Shown here one piece after another: positions 9,403 through 17,662 of a DNA stretch of 64,000 bases. The notes under the pieces are model-generated. The model worked only from the letters and a program-made list of their open reading frames with translations. It was not told the origin of the DNA and searched no databases. The stretch is from Bdellovibrionales bacterium (GTDB taxonomy: Bacteria > Bdellovibrionota > Bdellovibrionia > Bdellovibrionales > UBA1609). Each line of letters opens with the position of its first letter. The first letter of the stretch is position 1. Where the stretch lies: the NCBI GenBank assembly GCA_027459485.1, contig DAIDIG010000005.1, positions 154,222-218,221 of the forward strand, in the 5' to 3' direction. Both the position numbers and the translations under genes were made by a program.

Positions 9403-9546
9403 TGTCGCGGGGTTAGCGCACGTACTGGTGCCGTCTCGTCCTCACTTGTCATCGAGTTTAGGTGAACAGTTTCAGATCTGATGCTTTGTTGTCCGTTTTG
9501 GCGGAGCAAACTGCACCTGGTCTAGGCGCGGATTGCGTCCAGTCGC

Positions 9547-10470
9547 TTAATTTGACGAGACACGGTTGCGGCCGTTGTGTTTGGCCTCGTATAAAGCTTT
9601 GTCGGCGCGGGCGAATATATCGCTCCACCCTTTGTCTTCCTGTTTGATAAGAGAAAATCCGATTGAAATTGTGATCGGTATGGTCGTGCCTTGAAAGGTA
9701 AAAGTGTGTTCTTGGATCGTTTTTCGAATCCGCTCACATATTTCGTCGATTTGTTTAACCGCTGAGCCTAATACAAGGAGGCAAAATTCTTCGCCACCAT
9801 AGCGCGCAAAATAGTCATTGCCACGAATGAGCGTTTCACGCACGACACGTGCCAATTCTTTAAGGACAAAATCGCCGGCGGGGTGCCCATGCGTATCGTT
9901 CACCTGTTTAAAGTGATCGATATCGAAAACAATCACGCCTAACGAATGACCGAGTACCCGCGATTTATTGAAAATATCGACTCCAGCGGCGTTCAGTGCC
10001 CCGCGATTGTGAATACCCGTCAACGGATCGATCAGCGCCTTATTGAACGTCTGCGCGACCGATACCGTTTCGATATTGCCACGCTCAAGAAATTTTAAAA
10101 TGATATTGCCGCATTTGATTTGATCGTTATTCTTCAATTTGTAAGGCTGAAGCGGCGTCAAAATCCGATCGTTGATAATTGTTTTATTGGTGGATTCAAG
10201 GTCGATGAGTGAAACTTCGCCGCCTACCACCATTAATTTTGCATGCGATTTACTGACACTTTTATCTTCGATGTGAACATGGGCGGTCGGTACGCGGCCG
10301 ATGATAAGGTCGGTCGCTTCGAGCGGCCATTGCCGCCCCACTTCGTTGGCAGGTCCGACAAGTAATACGAGGCACGGTGGCGCTTCGCCGGCTTGTGCAA
10401 TTCGCACTTTGAACGTGTCGCTTTGGACGACGCTCGTTTTATCTAATGGCTGCTCGTCGGTATCGCCCAC
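9547..10470 (-). CDS. FHA-domain diguanylate cyclase (FHA-GGDEF, DgcB-like architecture)
   Basis: The FHA signature is present (IIGR...SVSKSHAKL...STNKTIIND). The GGDEF domain has active site GGEEF and an I-site RGND five residues upstream. Confidence 0.9.
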   Translation of the reverse strand: MGDTDEQPLDKTSVVQSDTFKVRIAQAGEAPPCLVLLVGPANEVGRQWPLEATDLIIGRVPTAHVHIEDKSVSKSHAKLMVVGGEVSLIDLESTNKTIINDRILTPLQPYKLKNNDQIKCGNIILKFLERGNIETVSVAQTFNKALIDPLTGIHNRGALNAAGVDIFNKSRVLGHSLGVIVFDIDHFKQVNDTHGHPAGDFVLKELARVVRETLIRGNDYFARYGGEEFCLLVLGSAVKQIDEICERIRKTIQEHTFTFQGTTIPITISIGFSLIKQEDKGWSDIFARADKALYEAKHNGRNRVSSN

Positions 10471-10525
10471 CTGAACTCCGCGTTACTCTTCATCTTGCAC
10501 TGACTAAACAGCGACTGTCTATACA

Positions 10526-11608
10526 CTAGACGGCCACGTCATCCTCGATGCGATGGTAGCCTCTCCATTCCTTGAGCCGGCCGCGCGGGCGCTGGCTATC
10601 ATCTTCAGGATATTCAATGATGACGTACGTCAACTTCGTGATGCGACCTAGCGAAGCGACATCCAAAGACGTGACTTCCGTCCAGGTCCCCGTATTGAAA
10701 TATTCTTTGTCGTTGGCGAACTGCCGGTATTGATAAACATGCGTGTGGCCGAAGATAACGGTGTGCACTCGATCGTCGCGAAGAATTTTTTTCGCCGAGT
10801 CGCTGAGATCCGGAAAAACGGCGCTTTCTATAAAGATTTTCATTAGCCGCCGAAACCGCCACAATCGACGCGGATCCGGTGAGAAAAGGCTTTTGAGAAA
10901 ATACCCGACGAGTTTGAACGCCGCTTTCGTTGTGAACACGGACTGATAAACCAAACCCCAGCGTAGCATGTTTCGAAACGGGCGCACTTTGTCGACATGC
11001 GGGTGAGTCTGCTTGAGCGGTAAGACGAATTCGACGAAGAAGAATGAGCCGAACGGCAAATTCAAAATAGGCTCGGGCAAATCTTTTTTCAGAAAAAACT
11101 TTCGCGGGTCCGTCCGATTCGCGGCTTCGTGCATATTGCCGTGTTCGACGTGAACGCCGTCAAAGTAATAAACGATATTTTTAAATCGCGCTGGCTTACC
11201 GATAGTGTCGTTGAGAAAACTGCGTACTGCGGGCCACAATAGCCCCTGGTCGTGATTACCGACGACGAAAGTGATTTCATTACCTTCTTTCGCCACGAAA
11301 TCGCGAAGCGCATTGAAAAAAACGGCATGCCCCCGTACGATTCGCCGTGTTTGATCGAGAGTGATGTTTTCGGTTACGACGGTCAGATAGTGGCCTTTGT
11401 AATCAGTTTGCAAATGGTTAAAAATGTCGCCGTTCAAAATGAGTTCAACTTCGTGATCGGCAAAAGCACCGGTCGTGTAATAATGCAAAAATTCAGCGAA
11501 ACGTTCGTCAAAATAGAATTCTTCGAGAAGGTTGAGGCGGCCGTCTTCAAGAAAGCGGCCCGCTCCCAAATGTAAATCGCTGACGATGAGTTTTATTTTT
11601 CTTTTCAT
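10526..11608 (-). CDS. calcineurin-like metallophosphoesterase (360 aa)
   Basis: All MPE motifs are present: SDLHLG, NGDIFN, VGNHD, VEHGNMH and FGHTHV. The substrate is unknown. Confidence 0.8.
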   Translation of the reverse strand: MKRKIKLIVSDLHLGAGRFLEDGRLNLLEEFYFDERFAEFLHYYTTGAFADHEVELILNGDIFNHLQTDYKGHYLTVVTENITLDQTRRIVRGHAVFFNALRDFVAKEGNEITFVVGNHDQGLLWPAVRSFLNDTIGKPARFKNIVYYFDGVHVEHGNMHEAANRTDPRKFFLKKDLPEPILNLPFGSFFFVEFVLPLKQTHPHVDKVRPFRNMLRWGLVYQSVFTTKAAFKLVGYFLKSLFSPDPRRLWRFRRLMKIFIESAVFPDLSDSAKKILRDDRVHTVIFGHTHVYQYRQFANDKEYFNTGTWTEVTSLDVASLGRITKLTYVIIEYPEDDSQRPRGRLKEWRGYHRIEDDVAV

Positions 11609-11627
11609 TCAAATTAGCTTGCGTAAA

Positions 11628-12635
11628 TTAGCTTGCGACAAACACAATGTTTCGACTTTTATTTTTACCACAATACATCGCTTCGTCCGCCATTTTGATT
11701 ATATCTTTATGAGTTTTCGCATGATCGGGGTAAGCCGCCAAGCCAAGACTCATCGTCAACTTGAGGTGTTGGCCGTCGATCACAAAATCGGTCGTTTCAA
11801 TAGCATGCCTCAAGCGTTCCGCTGCGACTTTCGCGCCTTCGGCTGTCGTGCCCGGCAACACGGCGACGAATTCATCACCTCCGTAGCGAAATGCGTAGTC
11901 GCTTTTACGTAATCGTTGCTTGATGACCCGCCCAATCTCAACCAGCAGGTGCGAGCCGACCCAGTGGCCCCGAGTGTCGTTCACCATCTTGAAATAATCG
12001 ATGTCCATAAAAAGAACGGAAAATTTTTTATCATTGCGCTGCGATCGCAGAATTTCGTTTTCAAGAACAAGCGAAAGATATTTTTGATTGTAGAGCCCTG
12101 TAAGGTCGTCATGGTACGAAAGTCTTTGGACCTCCCAATGTTGAAAACTAAACCCGATATGTTTGCACATGAATGATAGGTCTCTGCCGACTCGGTCCTG
12201 TAAGCGCCCGACATCGGCGGCTTTGACGTCTGTCATAAGCACGTAAGCGAGGACAGACTGGTTTCTCACATTGACTATCGGCCACGCAATCACTCGCCGG
12301 CCATTCAATTCCGCCGCCGCCGACATTGACAGGTTGTCTTCGAACAAATTGACGTATTGGCGCACCTCGGGCTCTTCGACATTTTTAATTGCCTGAATGC
12401 GCAAATGGCGATGCATTTGCTGTTCTGGCTCAAATTTTTTTTTGACCTCAGTCGCACGCAGGCTTTTAAATTCATCTGTGAGCAACCAAATCACGTTATC
12501 GCAGGACCCGATTTCATAAATATATAGAAGCAGCTTGGGAATAACCAATTCGAGCTCGAGGTCATCGAAAAAGTCTCGAAGCCGCTCGCCCTTATAACCG
12601 AACACTCGACGTACCACAAAATCCGTCCACATCAC
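11628..12635 (-). CDS. diguanylate cyclase with an unassigned N-terminal sensory domain of about 165 aa
   Basis: The GGDEF domain (FRYGGDEFVAVL) has an I-site RKSD. The start is GTG at 12635 or ATG at 12632, and either one abuts the upstream stop codon. Confidence 0.85.
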   Translation of the reverse strand: MMWTDFVVRRVFGYKGERLRDFFDDLELELVIPKLLLYIYEIGSCDNVIWLLTDEFKSLRATEVKKKFEPEQQMHRHLRIQAIKNVEEPEVRQYVNLFEDNLSMSAAAELNGRRVIAWPIVNVRNQSVLAYVLMTDVKAADVGRLQDRVGRDLSFMCKHIGFSFQHWEVQRLSYHDDLTGLYNQKYLSLVLENEILRSQRNDKKFSVLFMDIDYFKMVNDTRGHWVGSHLLVEIGRVIKQRLRKSDYAFRYGGDEFVAVLPGTTAEGAKVAAERLRHAIETTDFVIDGQHLKLTMSLGLAAYPDHAKTHKDIIKMADEAMYCGKNKSRNIVFVAS

Positions 12636-13501
12636 TTGGCTTTTTTCAGAGGCTCGACATTGTCGTCTTGCCCCCCCTCCAACATCGTGAGCGCCAATCG
12701 CAAAGCTTTGACCGTGCGCTTGAGCATGTCCTGCTTTTCGCTGATTTGGCGGTTTAAGTCTTGCCCCTTATGCCGGTAATTTTCGAGTTCGATATTGAGT
12801 TGGTCGATCTGCCGCTTGAGATCGAGGATGGCATCATCCTTCGCCCGCACGAGCGCCGTTGACTCCATCTTCAAAAGTTCTAAACGATTTTCGAGTTCGC
12901 GCTCGCGCAACCGAACCTTTTGAAGGCTTGCGGTGAGACGCATCTCGTACTCTTCAACTTTCATCTTTAAGTTTTTAGCGTCGCGGTCTTTCGCTTGGAC
13001 GGCCGCCTCTAAAATTTCTTTCTCGGCGCTCAACTGCTCTTTCAGGTCGCCAAATTTTCGATTGAGTGAATCATTCTCCGCCTGCAGTTCGTTACTTCTT
13101 TGTCTCAAAGTTTCGCCGGCCGCCGCCAACTGTTCATTTTCTTGGCGCAATCGATCGACCTCGCCTTCAAGTTCAAAAATTCGCCTTTGGGCCACTCGTA
13201 AATTTTCGGATTGTACGAGCGCCGTCTCCGCCGCTATTTGCACCACGTTGCCGCCGCTGACACTCGATCTCGTGATCACCTTTTCGGGGCCGGTTCGCGT
13301 TTCAGCTGGTGGCAGACGCAAAGTCGCGTCGTCGACGTCAGATTTTGTATCGACTGTCGCCTTTGATTCTGAGTCGGGCGCACGCGTGTCGGGCGCAGAT
13401 TTTTCATTTGCACCGGCATCGGCGAGCAGGTCTCCGATTAAATCGCTGACAAAATCCTTCGCGGGTTTTGGTTTCATCCGGTTAACTAATCGGAAAAACA
13501 A
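12632..13501 (-). CDS. coiled-coil protein (disordered acidic N-terminus, about 190 aa of heptad-rich helix)
   Basis: There are long E/K/R/L/Q-rich heptad stretches (ELEGEVDRLRQENEQLAAAGETLRQRSNELQAENDSL...). I recognised no enzymatic motif. Confidence 0.6.
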   Translation of the reverse strand: MFFRLVNRMKPKPAKDFVSDLIGDLLADAGANEKSAPDTRAPDSESKATVDTKSDVDDATLRLPPAETRTGPEKVITRSSVSGGNVVQIAAETALVQSENLRVAQRRIFELEGEVDRLRQENEQLAAAGETLRQRSNELQAENDSLNRKFGDLKEQLSAEKEILEAAVQAKDRDAKNLKMKVEEYEMRLTASLQKVRLRERELENRLELLKMESTALVRAKDDAILDLKRQIDQLNIELENYRHKGQDLNRQISEKQDMLKRTVKALRLALTMLEGGQDDNVEPLKKAK

Positions 13502-13514
13502 AGGATTTTGTTAA

Positions 13515-14597
13515 CTAGACGTGGCTTTCGGCGGGGCGGCGCTTTTCAGCAACAGTGCGAAGCTGGCCGCAAGCCGCGTAAATATCACGGCCCATGGTTT
13601 TTCGGCGCAAGACGTGTGAGCCAAGTCGAATCAGTTCGTTTTGAAACTTCACTATCTGACGTTCGTCGGGGCGCTCAAATCCAGACCCCGGATGCTCGTT
13701 GAACGGAATGATATTGATTTTGCACGGCACATCGCGCGTCAGCCGATGAAGGGCTCGCGCGTCGTCGAGCGAATCCGTTACATCTTTGAGAAGCACGTAC
13801 TCGAGCGTGACGCGGTCGCCGGTCGCGCGACAATGTTCACGGCAACTTTCGAGAAGCTCATCGATCGGCCAACGTTTATTGATCGGCATCACCTTCGAGC
13901 GCACGTCATCGTTAACTCCGTTTAGACTGACAGCTAAACGCGCACCCGATGCCGTAATGCGAGGGATCAGGGGGACAATTCCCGAAGTGGATACTGTGAT
14001 TTTCTTTTTCGACAAATTGCACCCGAGCGGCGAGTGCAAAATTTCAATGCTTGAGAAAACCGCATCGGGATTATCGAGCGGTTCACCCATTCCCATGAAT
14101 ACGATGTTCGTAATCCGTCTAGGCGCAAGATTCTCGTTCGCCGCCGAGTTATCCGAGGCCCTCAAACTATCTAAGGCTGTCAGGTACTGACCGACAATCT
14201 CCGCTGTCGTAAGACGCCGCTTCATCTTTTGCTTACCAGTGTAACAAAATCGGCACCCCATGTTGCAGCCGACTTCGGACGACACGCACAAGGTCAATCG
14301 ATCATCAGCCGGGATCAACACCGACTCGACCGTGTCACCGCCACCCACCTCGAACAAGAATTTCTCCGTCCCGTCGGAGCTTTTTAGATGGGTCACCACT
14401 TTCGGCAATTCAAATCGCAAAATTTCCGGTAGCTTGTCGCGTACCGATTTCGACATGTTGGTCATTTGAGCGAAATCCGTTTGTCGCCGCCCGTAAACCC
14501 AGCGGTAGAGCTGATCCGCGCGAAACCGCTCAAAGCCGTGATCTTTGAGGAGTGATTCGAGCTGCTCATATGTGAGGTCATAAAAATTAGTTAACAC
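13515..14597 (-). CDS. rlmN: 23S rRNA/tRNA m2A methyltransferase RlmN (radical SAM)
   Basis: It has the CNMGCRFCYTG cluster, a C-terminal ACGQL, and GMGEPLDNPDAV. Confidence 0.92.
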   Translation of the reverse strand: MLTNFYDLTYEQLESLLKDHGFERFRADQLYRWVYGRRQTDFAQMTNMSKSVRDKLPEILRFELPKVVTHLKSSDGTEKFLFEVGGGDTVESVLIPADDRLTLCVSSEVGCNMGCRFCYTGKQKMKRRLTTAEIVGQYLTALDSLRASDNSAANENLAPRRITNIVFMGMGEPLDNPDAVFSSIEILHSPLGCNLSKKKITVSTSGIVPLIPRITASGARLAVSLNGVNDDVRSKVMPINKRWPIDELLESCREHCRATGDRVTLEYVLLKDVTDSLDDARALHRLTRDVPCKINIIPFNEHPGSGFERPDERQIVKFQNELIRLGSHVLRRKTMGRDIYAACGQLRTVAEKRRPAESHV

Positions 14598-15195
14598 GTT
14601 CTTGCGCCTGCCCTTTCATCGCCTCAATAAATTTTTTTACCTTAGCGGAGGTGATTTTTTCGCGACCCCATCGACTGTCGTATGCGCGAATGCCACGCTG
14701 GATCCATCCCTGAAGTCTGCGAAATTTCGCGTCGTTCATGACCGAATTTGCTGCTTCAGCAATCGCAGATGCTCGCACATTTCGCTTTAGGCTTTTAATT
14801 CGTTGATCCGTACTAGCAATCGCAAATAGTTTCTTCCAAATTTGATATGAAAACGGAACTCGCCTTTTCGGTATGATGGCGTATACAAGCTCACACTCGA
14901 GTGCTGCAGCGGCAACTTTTAAAGAATTTAAACTGATTGTTCCCCTGGCTTCACTCTGCTCAAGTTTTGAAAGCGACTGCGGGCTTATATTCATTTTTTT
15001 AGCCGCCGTTCGCGTCGCTAAAAATTGCGCTTCGCGAGCTCGTCTCAGCCCTGGCTGTTGACTTTGCGCTTTTAAAAATGGTTGTAGGCCTTCATCATAC
15101 ATTAGACCGTAATACCGATTCAGCCATGAAAAATACCCGTAGATTTCATCAGCATTGTCGAACATGTCTGCAGTGAAATCAAATCGAGGATTCAT
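14587..15195 (-). CDS. XRE-type HTH protein resembling 'mobile mystery protein A'
   Basis: The central segment is AAKKMNISPQSLSKLEQSEARGTISLNSLKVAAAALECELVYAIIPK. It matches the HTH + CxLVYAL(V/I)P pattern I remember for TIGR02612. It overlaps the rlmN start by 11 bp. Confidence 0.55.
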   Translation of the reverse strand: MNPRFDFTADMFDNADEIYGYFSWLNRYYGLMYDEGLQPFLKAQSQQPGLRRAREAQFLATRTAAKKMNISPQSLSKLEQSEARGTISLNSLKVAAAALECELVYAIIPKRRVPFSYQIWKKLFAIASTDQRIKSLKRNVRASAIAEAANSVMNDAKFRRLQGWIQRGIRAYDSRWGREKITSAKVKKFIEAMKGQAQERVN

Positions 15196-15298
15196 TATTA
15201 ACCTTTCTCAACTCTCAGAAACAAGTAAGCCTATAGGGTGAATTGTTGCCGAGGTCAACCATTGCTTGTGTTGGCCCTCAATAGCGTTTTCGACCTGT

Positions 15299-16321
15299 TT
15301 AAATTTCAAGGGCGGTGAGAAGTTCGTCGCGGCTGCAAGGCACGCTGCCGATTTTGCCGACGACAACTCCAGCGGCGGCATTCGCCATGACGGCGGCTGT
15401 TTCGATCGCGAGGCCGCTGAACCAAGCTAGACAGAACGTGGCAAGATACGTGTCCCCCGCGCCCGTGACATCGAATACTTCGCGCTCGTCCGTCGACACG
15501 TGCGATGGTTCGTCGTTGCCCGAGAAAATCGAGACGCCGTCTTTACCTTGGGTGATGATCAAATTGGCCGCGGCCGTTTGTTCGCGAATCGCGCGCGCGA
15601 CATCGAGAAGCGAATTTTTATGCTCGCGTAGAGAATCTAAATTCAGCCCCGAAAGCAAGTAGGCCTCGTCGCGGTTCGGTTTGATCAGATCAGCATTCCG
15701 GTAATATCGAATCGGGGTCGTGCGATGCGGATCAATTACGATTTTCTTTTTCTGGTCGTGAGTCAGGCGAATCAGCGTTTGGCACAGGTCTTCGCTCAAA
15801 ACACCTTTTCCGTAATCTTGAAGAATAACGCCTTCACATGACGACACAAGTGAGTGAAACTTATCGACCACGGTCGATTCTAACGCTTGCGTCAGGAATT
15901 TCGTTTCTTCAAAATCAAACCGAACGACGTGGTGCTGACCCGACATCAAGCGTACTTTGTGCGTCGTTGGGCGCGAGTTGTCGACGATGAGTTGTTGGTC
16001 GGACACACCGTTTTTCTTAAGAAGTGCCGCTAAATCTTTGGCCGCCGAATCCGCCCCGACAACGCCGACCATAAAGCCCACGCCCCCGAGCGAGTGTATG
16101 TTTTGCGCCACATTCGCGGCAAGACCAAGCCGGTACTCGCGAGAGCGAACTTCCACCACCGGCACCGGAGCCTCAGGGCTGATTCGCCTCACATCGCCCA
16201 TAAGATACTCATCGAGGCCAACATCGCCAATTACCAAGACTTTTTTGCCTTCGATACGCCCCAGCGACTCACGTGCGTTTCGTTTGCAATTGTTCAACTC
16301 TGTAATGGTCAAATGTTTCAT
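15299..16321 (-). CDS. hldA: D-glycero-beta-D-manno-heptose-7-phosphate kinase (RfaE domain I only)
   Basis: VLVIGDVGLDEYLMGDVRRISPEAPVPVVEV...GLAANVAQNI matches the HldE N-terminal kinase domain. At 340 aa it has no adenylyltransferase domain. Confidence 0.8.
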   Translation of the reverse strand: MKHLTITELNNCKRNARESLGRIEGKKVLVIGDVGLDEYLMGDVRRISPEAPVPVVEVRSREYRLGLAANVAQNIHSLGGVGFMVGVVGADSAAKDLAALLKKNGVSDQQLIVDNSRPTTHKVRLMSGQHHVVRFDFEETKFLTQALESTVVDKFHSLVSSCEGVILQDYGKGVLSEDLCQTLIRLTHDQKKKIVIDPHRTTPIRYYRNADLIKPNRDEAYLLSGLNLDSLREHKNSLLDVARAIREQTAAANLIITQGKDGVSIFSGNDEPSHVSTDEREVFDVTGAGDTYLATFCLAWFSGLAIETAAVMANAAAGVVVGKIGSVPCSRDELLTALEI

Positions 16322-16357
16322 GTGCTTGACTCTTATCAGAGGCGGTCGTTAAAGTCT

Positions 16358-16374
16358 AACTCCTTTAAGGAGTT
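16358..16374 (+). promoter_or_regulatory. 17-bp perfect palindrome covering the gdh Shine-Dalgarno
   Basis: The sequence is aactcctttaaggagtt. As RNA it gives a 6-bp stem AACUCC/GGAGUU with loop UUUAA, which pairs an anti-SD with the AAGGAG SD 7 nt before the ATG at 16380. Confidence 0.4.
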
Positions 16375-16379
16375 TGAAA

Positions 16380-17633
16380 ATGGAAGGCATTGCTGAGTCC
16401 GCATTATTTAAAAATACAATTCGAAATATGGAGCATTCCGCTCAAATCGTGAAACTGAACCCATCCGCAATCGAGCGCTTGAAATCACCGCGAAGAGCCA
16501 TTGTTGTGAGTGTTCCGGTCCGCATGGATGACGGCACGGTTCGCGTTTTCGAAGGGTATCGCGTGCAACACAACCACGTGCTCGGCCCGTTTAAAGGAGG
16601 CATTCGGTACCATCAGTCGGTGACACTGAGTGAAGTCGCTGCGCTCGCCAGTCTCATGACATTTAAAAATTCGCTTCTCAATTTACCTCTCGGCGGAGCA
16701 AAAGGCGGCGTTTGCGTCGACCCGACCCAAATCTCAACTCGAGAAGCTGAAAAATTGACCCGTCGATACACCTCTGAAATTGCCCCATGGATCGGGCCCG
16801 ATCGTGACATCCCAGCGCCCGATGTCGGCACAAGTTCGCAAACGATGGCTTGGATGCTCGATCAGTATTCGCTCGAAAGCGGTTTTTCTCAAACAGGCGT
16901 CGTGACCGGCAAACCCGTTGAAATCGGTGGCTCGGCTGGCCGAGATGCCGCGACTGGTTTGGGCGTCGTCTACATCATCGAAAAAGTTCTCGAAAAGCTT
17001 TCGCAAAAAATCAATAGCGTCACCTTGGCCATTCAAGGTTTCGGCAAAGTGGGGATGCACGCCGCGATCGAAGCCCACCGTATCGGTGGTAAAGTCGTCG
17101 CGGTTAGTGACGTCAGCAACGGTTTGTATAATCCCGAAGGTATTAACGTCCCCGAACTTGTCGAGCATTACACGGCCAACATGAGTTTGAACGGCTACCA
17201 CGGCGGTAAGTTGATCTCGAACGAAGAACTTCTCTCGTTGCCGGTGGATGTGCTCGCCCCCTGCGCTCTCGACGGCACGATCAATTCGAATAATGCTGAC
17301 CACGTGAAAGCGAAAATCATCGTCGAAGGTGCCAACGGACCTGTCACCGCCAATGCGAATGATATTTTAAAGGGCAAAAAATGCTTGATTATCCCTGACA
17401 TTTTGGCCAACGGCGGCGGTGTTGTCGTGAGCTATTTTGAGTGGGTGCAAGACATCAGCTGGCTTTTCTGGGATGAAACGCAGGTTCGCGAAAAACTTCG
17501 CATGGTCATGTACCGATCCTTCGATAAGGTTTGGGAGTTTTCACAAAAAAATCATCTCGACATGCGGACTGCGGCCATGGCAGTGTCACTTGTCCGACTT
17601 GAATCCGCAATGAAGCTGCGGGGGCAATTATAG
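16380..17633 (+). CDS. gdh: glutamate dehydrogenase (Glu/Leu/Phe/Val dehydrogenase family)
   Basis: It has GPFKGGIRYH and PLGGAKGG motifs plus an NAD(P) fold GFGKVG. The track starts at TTG 16374. ATG 16380 has better SD spacing. Confidence 0.9.
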   Translation: MEGIAESALFKNTIRNMEHSAQIVKLNPSAIERLKSPRRAIVVSVPVRMDDGTVRVFEGYRVQHNHVLGPFKGGIRYHQSVTLSEVAALASLMTFKNSLLNLPLGGAKGGVCVDPTQISTREAEKLTRRYTSEIAPWIGPDRDIPAPDVGTSSQTMAWMLDQYSLESGFSQTGVVTGKPVEIGGSAGRDAATGLGVVYIIEKVLEKLSQKINSVTLAIQGFGKVGMHAAIEAHRIGGKVVAVSDVSNGLYNPEGINVPELVEHYTANMSLNGYHGGKLISNEELLSLPVDVLAPCALDGTINSNNADHVKAKIIVEGANGPVTANANDILKGKKCLIIPDILANGGGVVVSYFEWVQDISWLFWDETQVREKLRMVMYRSFDKVWEFSQKNHLDMRTAAMAVSLVRLESAMKLRGQL

Positions 17634-17662
17634 GGCTTGATCGCAAAGCTCCGTGGCTCTAT

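Noticed and set aside
9361-9420. Plus-strand fragments here resemble pieces of the c-di-GMP-I (GEMM) riboswitch: gggccaaaccc and gcggggtta.
   Set aside because: The central GGGACGCAAAGCC segment and the second stem are missing, the spacing is about 20 nt too short, and no plus-strand gene follows. I mention it only inside the ECF-leader finding.
12933-13514. A 193-aa ORF lies antisense to the coiled-coil gene.
   Set aside because: It is Ser/Ala/Phe-rich and low-complexity. It is the typical mirror frame of a Glu/Lys/Leu-rich coiled-coil coding sequence.
16734-17303. Long antisense ORFs occur inside conserved genes. Examples are 16734-17303 in gdh, 24056-24553 in gcvP, 49895-50392 in the hybrid kinase and 55195-55722 in the permease.
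   Set aside because: In each case the opposite frame carries strong family motifs. These look like stop-poor antisense frames rather than genes.
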